A stretch of DNA of 35,293 nucleotides from a virus, in the IMG/VR virus record IMGVR_UViG_3300045988_085402, positions 1-35,293 of that record; one strand, given 5' to 3'. The notes beneath the pieces are model-generated. The model saw only the letters and a program-made list of their open reading frames with translations, was not told the origin of the DNA and did no database searches. Numbering within the stretch: position 1 is the first letter of the stretch; every line of letters starts with the position of its first letter. Shown here piece after piece: positions 17,285 through 24,953 of the stretch. Made by a program: the position numbers and the translations under genes.

Positions 17285-18076
17285 TCAACGGGTCTTCCAC
17301 CCATCAGAGAACAACTCCGGGGCGACGCGCCGCATTTCCATGGTGATGTTGTGTCGTCCCGGCCGGCCGGACAGGGCTTCGCCGGACGCGTGGATGTTCG
17401 CGGCAGCTTCCTGGTAGGCGGCGTTGATGCGCAGCTCGCGCGACGTCGCAGACCGTTTCAGCCATTCGGTGGGGGTTTCCTTGCAGATTTCCCAGGTGCA
17501 GTCGCAGCAGCGGTGGGCGCGGAACGTGACAGTGTCTTCGGTGTAGACAGGGCCGCGGGCTGCGAGCATGGAGCAGAACGCGCATGTCTTGCCGACGATG
17601 ACGCGCCTGCACTTCAGTCGGGTGCGCCTGGCGGATTGGATGACGTAGTCGCGGGACGTGGACTCAACGCGGGTGCGGCCCCACTGGGCGGCCCAGTCCC
17701 GCATTTCGGCGACAGCTTGCTCCCCGCTGATGCCGCGGCGGATGAGGGTTTTCGCGCGGACGGGACCGGAGTAGAACGCAGTGCGGACGGCGTCCTGCCT
17801 GGCGATAGGGCGGACGGCGGGGAGGGTCGGCAGGTCGATGTCTTCGGCGCGGGCGTACCGGGTGAGGTACCGGGCTGTGAGGGTGCGGCCTTGCCGGGTG
17901 CCGGCCTGGATGGCGTCGGCGGCTTTCTTCACCGCGTACTGGTGGGCGCCGCCGATGTCGTCCGGGTCGATGTCGTCCATGGCGTCGGCTACTGCGAGGC
18001 CGGTGGCGGCGGCTATCGCGGAAATATGCCGCTGGTATCCGGCAGTGAGGGCTGCGCCGACGGCAGTGAGGGCCAC
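17285..18076 (-). CDS. MuF-like minor head (head morphogenesis) protein
   Basis: 263 aa, directly after the portal gene. Carries the Cys/His cluster CAFCSMLAARGPVY...FRAHRCCDC characteristic of Mu F / SPP1 gp7-type proteins. GTG start. Confidence 0.75.
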   Translation of the reverse strand: MALTAVGAALTAGYQRHISAIAAATGLAVADAMDDIDPDDIGGAHQYAVKKAADAIQAGTRQGRTLTARYLTRYARAEDIDLPTLPAVRPIARQDAVRTAFYSGPVRAKTLIRRGISGEQAVAEMRDWAAQWGRTRVESTSRDYVIQSARRTRLKCRRVIVGKTCAFCSMLAARGPVYTEDTVTFRAHRCCDCTWEICKETPTEWLKRSATSRELRINAAYQEAAANIHASGEALSGRPGRHNITMEMRRVAPELFSDGWKTR

Positions 18077-18079
18077 CGC

Positions 18080-19420
18080 TCAGGCCTCCTCGGCGGGCGG
18101 GGTGCCTTCCCCGTCGGAGGTGAGTGCGCGGGCGTACGCTTCCAGCTCGGATGGGTGGGCGTCCGCGTACTCCTGCCACTCCTGCGCTTCGGCGGGCGAC
18201 ACGCCGGGGATCCGCTGCCATAGCAGCTGCGCGGGAACGCCGAGTGACTGAGACAGTTTGCCGAGCGCGTCCGCGGCCTGCGACAGCGATCGGGCTTCCG
18301 TGTCTCGCCAGTCGACGCGGAGCGTGTAGTCGTTCGCATCGGAGATGCGGTGTTCGATCTGGGCGGAAGCGCGGAGGGCGTTCAGGAGCGGCCGGCCGAG
18401 TGCGCGCTGGATCGAGGTTATGTGCGCCCGCTCGGCCGACTTTGCTTCGGCGAGGGCGTCGGCGGACAGGTTAACGAGCTGTGACCCGGACAGGGACCAG
18501 GACGGGACAGACGCGAGCGCAGCGAGGGTTCCGAGGTCGGCGCGCTCCGCGTCGAGGACGGACTGCATGCTGGTTTCCGGCAGCGACCCGAACTGGACGC
18601 CGTCGCCGCCGGTCAGGATCGACGAGGTCGACAAGTGCGCCTTCATTCGCTCGGCGTCTTCGAGGCTGCCAGGGTCATCCAAGCCGGTGACAGTCTTCAC
18701 TCGCCACGAGTTGGAGTGCTGGATGAGGAGCCGGTCGTGGACCGTCTTGATGTACCGGCGGGCGGGGATGCGCAGCCGGTCCACGAGAGACTCTGCGTCG
18801 CCGTCGATAGATAGGTAGGGGGCGAAACGGCAGACGGGGGTGTATCCGAGACCGTGACGGACGACCTCGTAGGGGTTGCCTGCCCGGTCGATGCGGATCA
18901 AGTCTTGGCTTGTGACGTACAGGGTGGGGCGGCCGCCTTTCGTGAGGAACACGGCGCGGGCGGGCCAGTCCGCGGTGGGGTCGTCCCCCCAGTCCATGCC
19001 GACGCGGGCGACTGAGGCTGCTTCAAGTTTCGCGGCCGGGCCGTTCGGTGCGACCAGTAGGAACGCTTCCCCGTCAGTCAGGGCGGCTTTCCAGAGCGCG
19101 GTCTGGCGCGTCGGCATGCCGGCGCGTTCCCATGGCGCCCATAGCGTGGCGAGGTCGCCCTGCTGGTCGGCGGTGCGGGTGACGCCGTCAGCGATGATCT
19201 GACGGCCGAGCGTATCCACGAGAAGGGCGAGGGTGGGGCCGAGCGCGAGCGCGCGGAGGCGCCTCTGGTCGGCGCTCTTGCCGCCGCCGTCCACGGTCGC
19301 GAGCGGCGCCCCGATGCCGGGCGTGGTCGACCCGGGGACGAGGTCCTCTTGCCGCTGCTGCGCCTCCCATCGTTTCTCGGCGGTGTCCTCGGCGAGCTTC
19401 TCCCAGGGGCGGTCATTCAT
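18080..19420 (-). CDS. Portal protein (446 aa)
   Basis: Size fits, and it sits immediately after terL. Confidence 0.85.
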   Translation of the reverse strand: MNDRPWEKLAEDTAEKRWEAQQRQEDLVPGSTTPGIGAPLATVDGGGKSADQRRLRALALGPTLALLVDTLGRQIIADGVTRTADQQGDLATLWAPWERAGMPTRQTALWKAALTDGEAFLLVAPNGPAAKLEAASVARVGMDWGDDPTADWPARAVFLTKGGRPTLYVTSQDLIRIDRAGNPYEVVRHGLGYTPVCRFAPYLSIDGDAESLVDRLRIPARRYIKTVHDRLLIQHSNSWRVKTVTGLDDPGSLEDAERMKAHLSTSSILTGGDGVQFGSLPETSMQSVLDAERADLGTLAALASVPSWSLSGSQLVNLSADALAEAKSAERAHITSIQRALGRPLLNALRASAQIEHRISDANDYTLRVDWRDTEARSLSQAADALGKLSQSLGVPAQLLWQRIPGVSPAEAQEWQEYADAHPSELEAYARALTSDGEGTPPAEEA

Positions 19421-19426
19421 GGGCGG

Positions 19427-21181
19427 TCACCATACCTTTCCGCGTCCTCTGCGGCGACTGTTTCTGTACTCTTCACGCATTATACGGGCACCGACCATGG
19501 CGACGGCCAGGTCGATTTTTTTCCTGGATTCGCGATGATTCTTGGCGATGGACGGTCCCCACTTGGAGGGGACGCGGCGGGCGTGGAGCACGTGGGCGCG
19601 GAGCCGAGCGTCACCGTCGTGGAGGAGCCCGCCGGCCTCGATGTCCGCGTAGACGCGGTTGACGCCGCGGACGAACCGTGCCGTGTGGGACGGGTCGGAC
19701 ATGTCCCATCTGGTGGCGTGCTGCCTGGAGGCGGGCATGCGGAGTTTCCGCCGGTAGTCGCGGTGCCAGCCGTCAATGATGCCGTCCCAGAAAGCCACCA
19801 GTGTTTCGTCGTCTTTGGCGTGGGACGGGTCGCACCATAGGGCGACAGCGTTGTAGTGGTCGAGGACGTCGCGGACGCGTTGGTCGATCTCTTCGCGGGG
19901 CGCGACCCAACCGTGGGCGCGGGCGTCGGGCGGGCGCTGCCACACGCCGAGCGGGAACACGGCGCCGTCGGAGATCCGACAGCCCACGAAAGCGGTCGCG
20001 TCATCCGACTTACCGCCATCGAAAAACAAAACCAGCTCATCGTCAGGGTCGAGCGCGGGTAGGTCCTTGGCGCAACAGGCGTCCCATTCCTCCCTGGTCA
20101 CCCACGCGTCCTCGGCTGCGGTGACCTGGTTGTACCACTTCCGCCTGGACTCGGACGGCGGCGTCTCCGGGTCGAGGACGTCCTGGACGATACGGTCCGG
20201 GGACAGCCATGTCGCGTCGCCGCGGACGCCTTTCACAACTTCCGGGGCATCGTCCGCGGTCAGCGGCGCCTGCGGGGGGGCCTCCAGAGTGTCGTACATG
20301 AGCCCGTAGGAGCGGATCTTCCCCGCCTGGGACTGTTCCCACGCTTCCCTGGTGGCAAGTCCTACCGACTCGACGCCGACGCGGGCCGCGTTGCAGATGT
20401 GCAGCACGCGCGCTTGCCGGTCCGGCGGCGACTTCGCGGCGTCACCGCGCACCACCCCCATCATCGCGATGCCAGCGTTGGAGGCGGTCCAGTTCTGGGT
20501 CTCGTTGCATATCGTCAGGGTGGCGCGGGACCCTTCGGCGGCGTCGGGGTTCGACGTGATCGCGGTAATGAAGCCTGGAGAGCCGTCTGTGGGGCGCACG
20601 TACGTGGAGATGACGCGTACGCCGAGCTCGGCCTGCACCTGCGCGGGGGCGATCGCCCGGATCGCCCCCATCGTGTTCTCGGTCTGCTGCTGCGACACGG
20701 CGAGCAGACGAATCCACGGTGTCTGCTCGTGGCGCCCGCGGACGCCACGTGGAGTGGACTGCGGAAGCGATGGGCCGAGGAGAGCGTTCAGGGCGATCAC
20801 GCCGGCCAGCGGGTCTTTCCCCCACCCTTTACACCGCTGCAGGACGACTGTGGGCGCCAGGAACATGCCGTCATCGTCCACTGCGTAGTACCAAAGAATG
20901 AACCGGGCCTGTTCTGGCGTGAATGTCCACGCACCGCCGCCCGGGCCGACCAGCGAGGAAGACGCCCATGCGAGCACATCCCATCCGATGGTGCTGTCAG
21001 GCAGTAGCCATCGCCCGTTCTCGATGGTCCAGACCGGGCCGTGCGCGATCGGCGGCCACGCGCAGTCAGGCAGGGCCGCCGGGGCGGACAGGCGCTCCTT
21101 GTACCAGGCTTTGATTGCCGGCCAGTCGGTCTCATCCCATTCGCTGGCCTCGGCCGGCGCACTGTTACGCCGACGTGCCAT
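19427..21181 (-). CDS. terL: Terminase large subunit
   Basis: 584 aa. Walker-A-like CKGWGKD, acidic residues typical of an ATPase, and a C-terminal nuclease-size region. Lies between terS and portal. Confidence 0.9.
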   Translation of the reverse strand: MARRRNSAPAEASEWDETDWPAIKAWYKERLSAPAALPDCAWPPIAHGPVWTIENGRWLLPDSTIGWDVLAWASSSLVGPGGGAWTFTPEQARFILWYYAVDDDGMFLAPTVVLQRCKGWGKDPLAGVIALNALLGPSLPQSTPRGVRGRHEQTPWIRLLAVSQQQTENTMGAIRAIAPAQVQAELGVRVISTYVRPTDGSPGFITAITSNPDAAEGSRATLTICNETQNWTASNAGIAMMGVVRGDAAKSPPDRQARVLHICNAARVGVESVGLATREAWEQSQAGKIRSYGLMYDTLEAPPQAPLTADDAPEVVKGVRGDATWLSPDRIVQDVLDPETPPSESRRKWYNQVTAAEDAWVTREEWDACCAKDLPALDPDDELVLFFDGGKSDDATAFVGCRISDGAVFPLGVWQRPPDARAHGWVAPREEIDQRVRDVLDHYNAVALWCDPSHAKDDETLVAFWDGIIDGWHRDYRRKLRMPASRQHATRWDMSDPSHTARFVRGVNRVYADIEAGGLLHDGDARLRAHVLHARRVPSKWGPSIAKNHRESRKKIDLAVAMVGARIMREEYRNSRRRGRGKVW

Positions 21182-21512
21182 GCGTCAACCCCCAGCGGCC
21201 CGCAGCCGCGGTTGCGGCGTGCTCCGACCGTGCCAGGCGGGCCTCGTCAGTGTCATCCTGCAGACGCAAGGCCTTCGCGAGGGACGCCATCACTGCCCGG
21301 TGCTGCCGGATCTCCGCGAGCAGAGGGTTGGGGCGCATCTGACCGGTCGACCCGACCGTCAGCAGGTCCCCGCCGTCCAGCTCTTTCGCCATCCGGGATA
21401 TCAGCTCGGCCTCATGGCACATGTCGTCCAGGATCCGCACCTCAACTGGCGACAGGTCCCACTCCTCTAACACTTCCTTGCGCAGGCGCCTAGCGGATGT
21501 CAGACGTGCCAC
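21165..21512 (-). CDS. terS: Terminase small subunit (P27-like)
   Basis: 115 aa. LRKEVLEEWDLSPVEVRILDDMCHEAELISRMAKELDG...GQMRPNPLLAEIRQHRAVMASLAKALRL matches the usual P27-family pattern. Overlaps the terL start by 17 nt. GTG start with AGGAG upstream. Confidence 0.75.
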   Translation of the reverse strand: MARLTSARRLRKEVLEEWDLSPVEVRILDDMCHEAELISRMAKELDGGDLLTVGSTGQMRPNPLLAEIRQHRAVMASLAKALRLQDDTDEARLARSEHAATAAAGRWGLTHGTSA

Positions 21513-21547
21513 GAGAAAACTCCTAACAGTTTGCGGTCAGGGCACAA

Positions 21548-21584
21548 GGATACCCCGCCAGCCGGCTGAACTGGCGGGGTATCC
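21548..21584 (-). terminator. Perfect 14-bp-stem hairpin (GGATACCCCGCCAG / CTGGCGGGGTATCC, 9-nt loop) between the holin-like gene and terS
   Basis: Read directly. Begins 12 nt after the stop at 21596. Followed on the minus strand by TTGTG. Could instead be part of a packaging (cos) site. Confidence 0.5.
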
Positions 21585-21595
21585 GTAAGGGCCGG

Positions 21596-21946
21596 TCAGG
21601 CCTTGTGCTTCCCGTCGCCGGAGCCACGCAGGGTGACACCGCCGGGAGTGACAATGCCCGCCCAGTCGAGGATCGAGACGCCGTTGATCTTCACGCTCTT
21701 CAGGATGTTGAAAGCCCCGAGAACAAGGCCAGCGACAGCCAGCAGCTGAGACACGGCAGCCTCAGCGGTCGCCGGGTAGGCGCCCACGAACCATGTGCCA
21801 GCGGCGATCAGAACAACAGCAGCCAGGGACAGGGCGCGGCGCTTGCCCGCAGTCCAGTACGGCTTGTCCAGGGCCGCCTGAACGAAAGGCCACGCAACGG
21901 CAGCCACGGCGGTCAGGGTCGCGCTCTGCTCAGCAGTTAGATTCAT
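21596..21946 (-). CDS. Holin-like membrane protein (116 aa, about 3 hydrophobic segments)
   Basis: Hydrophobic stretches LTAVAAVAWPFVQAAL, ALSLAAVVLIAAGTWFVGAY and LLAVAGLVLGAFNIL. Charged C-terminus. Sits next to the endolysin gene. RBS GAGGAGAAAG. Confidence 0.7.
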   Translation of the reverse strand: MNLTAEQSATLTAVAAVAWPFVQAALDKPYWTAGKRRALSLAAVVLIAAGTWFVGAYPATAEAAVSQLLAVAGLVLGAFNILKSVKINGVSILDWAGIVTPGGVTLRGSGDGKHKA

Positions 21947-22058
21947 CTTTCTCCTCTGTTGTTTCTTGACGGCCTTCTAGCCGCCCGACCCAGTACGCGC
22001 CCAGGATCGCTGCGGCGGCGAACCAATGGGCTGCGCACGGGACGATATGGGGGGTCAC
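21930..22058 (-). CDS. Unlisted 42-aa single-pass membrane ORF between endolysin and holin (possible second holin/antiholin component)
   Basis: Hand translation: VTPHIVPCAAHWFAAAAILGAYWVGRLEGRQETTEEKDESNC. GTG 22058 overlaps the endolysin stop (GTGA). The 3' end overlaps the holin start by 17 nt. Confidence 0.45.
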   Translation of the reverse strand: MTPHIVPCAAHWFAAAAILGAYWVGRLEGRQETTEEKDESNC

Positions 22059-23452
22059 TTTGCAGCGTCGGGCCGCTCAACGTCAGCGGGCTTCACGGCG
22101 GCGCGGATGTCGTTCACGGCGCCGTAGATCGCGCCCGCGGACTTGACGCCCTCCTGGCCGGGGGTGAGCGCATCGAGGACCTTGTCGACCGCGGCGTGGA
22201 TCGCCCTGGTCTCCTCGTAGGTCGCCTTCGCGTACCAGTTCATGTCGCCGGCGAAGTGGTCACCGGCCTGCCCGGACCTGAACAGGTCCCTGATCTCCCT
22301 GAGAAGGTCAACACCTTCAGCCATTTCCCATGCCTCCTGTCCTGCGCCGTTGGGGCGCCCGTAGTTGTACCACGACCTGCATCGGTCGCTGAAGGGTTCG
22401 CCGTACGCCTCGTAGGCGCCATAAGCGCTACCCGAATTGTAGCGGGAGCCAACACGCTTCAGGTCCTCGTAGGAGTCGCCTTCGGCGCTGATGAGGTCCC
22501 GGATGATGCCGCAACCGATCTCGGCGGACTTCTCAGGGTCCCACCAGGCCCGGTCGGGGTCATTGAAGAAGTAGCCCGGGTACGTGACCTGCAACGGGCC
22601 CACCCCGTTGGACGTGGCGCCGGCGCTGATCTGTGCGTAGAAGTCCCGGAACTTCTCTTCGGTGACTTCGCCGCCGCCGCAGTAGGCGCCGCCAGCGTCG
22701 TGGCCGAAGATATTCGCCCCGTACTCGCCGGTTTCCATCCACAGGGCCGCGAGCGCAGCCCACCAAGGGCAGCCGACATTGTCTGCGGCGCGCAGGACGG
22801 CTTGCTGCACGTACGACAGTTCGTACCCGTCGTGGCTGGCGCGGGACTGTTCCTGTGTGGGCGGGATAGGCGCTGCGGTGCCGCCGAGGTAGCGGAGGCA
22901 GTGCGTCCATCGGGCTGTCTGCGTGTACAGGTGGCCCTCATAGGACACACATCGACACTCGGAGCCGGTCTGGTCGCCGATGTACCCGTCGATGGAACCA
23001 TCTTCGGCGATCCACGCCTCGGACAGCCCGCCCTTGGTGACCATGGCGACGTGCCCGGCGCCTCCTGAGGCCGCCTCGGAGAGGATCAGGTCGCCGAGCT
23101 GGAGGCCGCCGTCCGGGTAGAGGCTGCTGTCGTCCCAGTGGACGTCCTCGAAGCCTCTGGAGGCGGCGTAGCCGCGAATGTTGCCTGTGTATGTGTCCCT
23201 GGGGAACATGATGCTGGAGTTCCAGGGTTCCCCGTCGGCGTGGAACGCGAAGTTCCAGGCGGCGGCGACGCCGGCGGAACAGTCCATGTTGGCGTCCGCG
23301 GTGAGCCAGCCAAGGTCGGTGGACCGTTCGTATGCCATCCACCGGTCGGGCTGCGAGTATCCGACGCTGTAGTCACCTCCTTGTGGTTTCCCGGGGCCGC
23401 AGGTGGCCCAGTACTCCATCTGGGCTGCGGCGGTTGCGGGTGATGCTGACAT
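22055..23452 (-). CDS. Endolysin: N-terminal NlpC/P60-CHAP-type peptidase plus lytic-transglycosylase-like domain
   Basis: 465 aa. Cys/His pair (NMDCSAGVAAAW ... GAGHVAMV) typical of cysteine peptidoglycan peptidases. The middle region (AALWMETGEYGANIFGHD ... GVGPLQVT) resembles the SLT catalytic Glu and GLMQ motifs. RBS AGGAGG. Confidence 0.8.
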   Translation of the reverse strand: MSASPATAAAQMEYWATCGPGKPQGGDYSVGYSQPDRWMAYERSTDLGWLTADANMDCSAGVAAAWNFAFHADGEPWNSSIMFPRDTYTGNIRGYAASRGFEDVHWDDSSLYPDGGLQLGDLILSEAASGGAGHVAMVTKGGLSEAWIAEDGSIDGYIGDQTGSECRCVSYEGHLYTQTARWTHCLRYLGGTAAPIPPTQEQSRASHDGYELSYVQQAVLRAADNVGCPWWAALAALWMETGEYGANIFGHDAGGAYCGGGEVTEEKFRDFYAQISAGATSNGVGPLQVTYPGYFFNDPDRAWWDPEKSAEIGCGIIRDLISAEGDSYEDLKRVGSRYNSGSAYGAYEAYGEPFSDRCRSWYNYGRPNGAGQEAWEMAEGVDLLREIRDLFRSGQAGDHFAGDMNWYAKATYEETRAIHAAVDKVLDALTPGQEGVKSAGAIYGAVNDIRAAVKPADVERPDAAK

Positions 23453-23528
23453 CTGCCCTCCTGTCTGTTGTGCCCCGTCGGGTCGGGGTGGTTGGTACCA
23501 GGGTAGCGGGGCCGTCGTATGGCGGCGC

Positions 23529-23660
23529 TCACCCGAAATCCTGGCGAATCGGGCATCGCGCCGGGTGATTGCTACCTCCGGCGGTCCTTTCCGGGGGTGG
23601 GGGGGGAGGCGGTGCCAGGGTGTTTTTCGCGTTTCGGTCGCGGATTTTTTTCGTTTTCAT
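23529..23660 (-). CDS. Possible 43-aa ORF coupled to the HNH stop (MKTKKIRDRNAKNTLAPPPPPPPERTAGGSNHPARCPIRQDFG)
   Basis: ATG 23660 overlaps the HNH stop (ATGA), which is the usual coupling pattern in this genome. However, the composition is driven by the strand-biased DNA and no RBS was seen. Confidence 0.2.
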   Translation of the reverse strand: MKTKKIRDRNAKNTLAPPPPPPPERTAGGSNHPARCPIRQDFG

Positions 23661-24100
23661 GTGAAGCGTTCGCGCAAGTTTCTGTTGCGCGTTTCGTTTG
23701 GTTTTTCTTCGTTTTGTTTCGTTTTGTTTTTGTTTTGTGTTTGTTGCATGTTTGGGTGCGGCGCGTGTTTGTGTTGTGTCATTGCGTGTCGTGTGGCGGT
23801 GCGCGCGAGGGTCTCGGCGGTGGTCTTGGCGTGGTGGCAGGCGTGGGAGAGGGGTTGCAGGTTGTCTATTGAATGATTGTCTCCGGGTGTGATGTGGTCG
23901 ATGTCTGTGGCGTGGCGGTTGCATCCGGCGGCGTGCCACCTCCCGGTGGGGGTGGTGGTGCCCCTGGCTATCTGGGTGGGTGTGCCCATTGGGTGGGGGA
24001 GTCCTGCGCATTTGTTGTTGTTTCTTTGTAGGACTTGTTGTCTTATTTTGTTCCAGTTGTTTGGGAGTCGTTGTCTGCGTGTGCTGGTGGTCCATGCCAT
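23657..24100 (-). CDS. HNH endonuclease (atypical: degenerate zinc-finger spacing and low-complexity tail)
   Basis: RRQRLPNNWNKIRQQVLQRNNNKC ... GCNRHATDIDHITPGDNHSIDNLQPLSHACHHAKT matches the phage HNH pattern (RLPxNW..IR..VL.R....C ... DHI.P......NLQ.LC..CH..KT). Confidence 0.8.
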   Translation of the reverse strand: MAWTTSTRRQRLPNNWNKIRQQVLQRNNNKCAGLPHPMGTPTQIARGTTTPTGRWHAAGCNRHATDIDHITPGDNHSIDNLQPLSHACHHAKTTAETLARTATRHAMTQHKHAPHPNMQQTQNKNKTKQNEEKPNETRNRNLRERFT

Positions 24101-24115
24101 GTGCCCATCCTAGGT

Positions 24116-24180
24116 GGGGTGGTGGGGGTGTGGGGTGGTTGGGTGGTTCCTGTCTGGGTGGGGGGTGTTTGGGTTGCGGG
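24116..24180 (+). other. Two canonical G-quadruplex motifs on the plus strand
   Basis: 24116-24143: GGGG TGGT GGGGG TGT GGGG TGGTT GGG. 24156-24180: GGG T GGGGGG TGTTT GGG TTGC GGG. Read directly. Confidence 0.6.
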
Positions 24181-24239
24181 TTTCTGGTGTTTGAGTTTCC
24201 CCGGGTTGGGTCTTTAGTCCTGCCCTGTGTGCTGGGTCA

Positions 24240-24404
24240 TGTGGGTAACTCTGTGGGTATCCCTGTGGATTGGTTGTGGATAACTTGTGGATAAGTGGTT
24301 GTGCATACAAGTGATTCACTGCACCACCCGAGTTACCCGCAGGTGGTTGTGGGTTGCGGATCGTTGGGGTTGCAATGGAAGGTGGGGTTATCCACATATC
24401 CACA
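24240..24404. promoter_or_regulatory. DnaA-box cluster (candidate origin of replication or DnaA-dependent control region)
   Basis: Five phased boxes: TGTGGGTAA 24240, TGTGGGTAT 24252, TGTGGATTG 24264, TGTGGATAA 24275, TGTGGATAA 24286. Opposite orientation: TTATCCACA 24388 and ATATCCACA 24396. Consensus TTATCCACA. Confidence 0.55.
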
Positions 24405-24410
24405 GGTGCC

Positions 24411-24452
24411 TACTGTCTACTACCTAGATATCTCTGGTTTGGTGTCATAGCC
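24411..24452. promoter_or_regulatory. Low-GC tract next to the DnaA boxes (candidate DNA unwinding element)
   Basis: TACTGTCTACTACCTAGATATCTCTGGTTTGGTGTCATAG is about 40% GC in a genome of about two-thirds GC. Contains the palindrome AGATATCT and the repeat CTACT. Confidence 0.3.
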
Positions 24453-24548
24453 CCAACGGGGCGCGGGCGCGTGGGTGGGGCGTCCGGTTCTCCTGGGTAC
24501 GAGGTCCCTGTCTGTGGTGGGTGGTGCGGTGTGGAGCGAGGAGATAGG

Positions 24549-24586
24549 CGGATCCCCCGGCGCCTGTGATGGTGTCGGGGGATCCG
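24549..24586 (-). terminator. Hairpin (11-bp stem CGGATCCCCCG/CGGGGGATCCG, 16-nt loop) after the small membrane-protein gene
   Basis: Read directly. Starts 5 nt past the stop at 24591. Confidence 0.5.
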
Positions 24587-24590
24587 GGGG

Positions 24591-24803
24591 TCAGCGGCGG
24601 TGGAAGCCTGGTCGGCTGCCGTGCTTGCGGGCCCAGCGGATGGGGCGCAGCGACGCGAGGCAGACGGCGGAGACGACGGTCCAGAGGAGGGAGGTGGAGA
24701 TGTCGAGCTCCCCGGTGGTGAAGCCGGCCCACCAGAGGAGTGCGGCGTGGATGGCGGAGAGGATGCCGGAGATGAGTGCGGTGGCGTAGAGGGTGCGGGT
24801 CAT
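24591..24803 (-). CDS. Small membrane protein (70 aa, two hydrophobic segments)
   Basis: ORF track. LYATALISGILSAIHAALLWWAGF and SLLWTVVSAVCLASL. RBS AGGGAG. Confidence 0.6.
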   Translation of the reverse strand: MTRTLYATALISGILSAIHAALLWWAGFTTGELDISTSLLWTVVSAVCLASLRPIRWARKHGSRPGFHRR

Positions 24804-24894
24804 TGCGGTCTCCCTTATCGGTTGGTGCGGATGTTCCTATGGTATCCGGGCCCCCTGGGTGCACGGAGGCCGTGTAAGCGACGCTGCCGGCCCA

Positions 24895-24942
24895 ACGGAC
24901 AACCCCCTGCACCCGAGTACCAGGTGAGGGGGGTTCGTCCGT
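24895..24942 (-). terminator. Imperfect long hairpin (ACGGAC-AACCCCC ... GGGGGTT-C-GTCCGT) after dnaB
   Basis: Read directly. 13 paired positions with one bulge. Lies 12 nt past the stop at 24954. Confidence 0.4.
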
Positions 24943-24953
24943 CTGCGGGCCTG

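Noticed and set aside
23403-24294. Plus-strand ORFs 23403-23876, 23519-23872 and 23980-24294 encoding Cys/Phe/Val/Gly/Leu/Trp-rich hydrophobic peptides
   Set aside because: Their odd composition is what any frame of ~90% G+T DNA must encode. They have no RBS, overlap the recognisable HNH gene on the other strand, and run against the local transcription direction.
24110-24403. 97-aa minus-strand ORF across the G4 / DnaA-box region
   Set aside because: It is Pro/Thr/His/Asn-rich low complexity with no RBS, and it reads straight through the repeated DnaA boxes. The region is better explained as non-coding.
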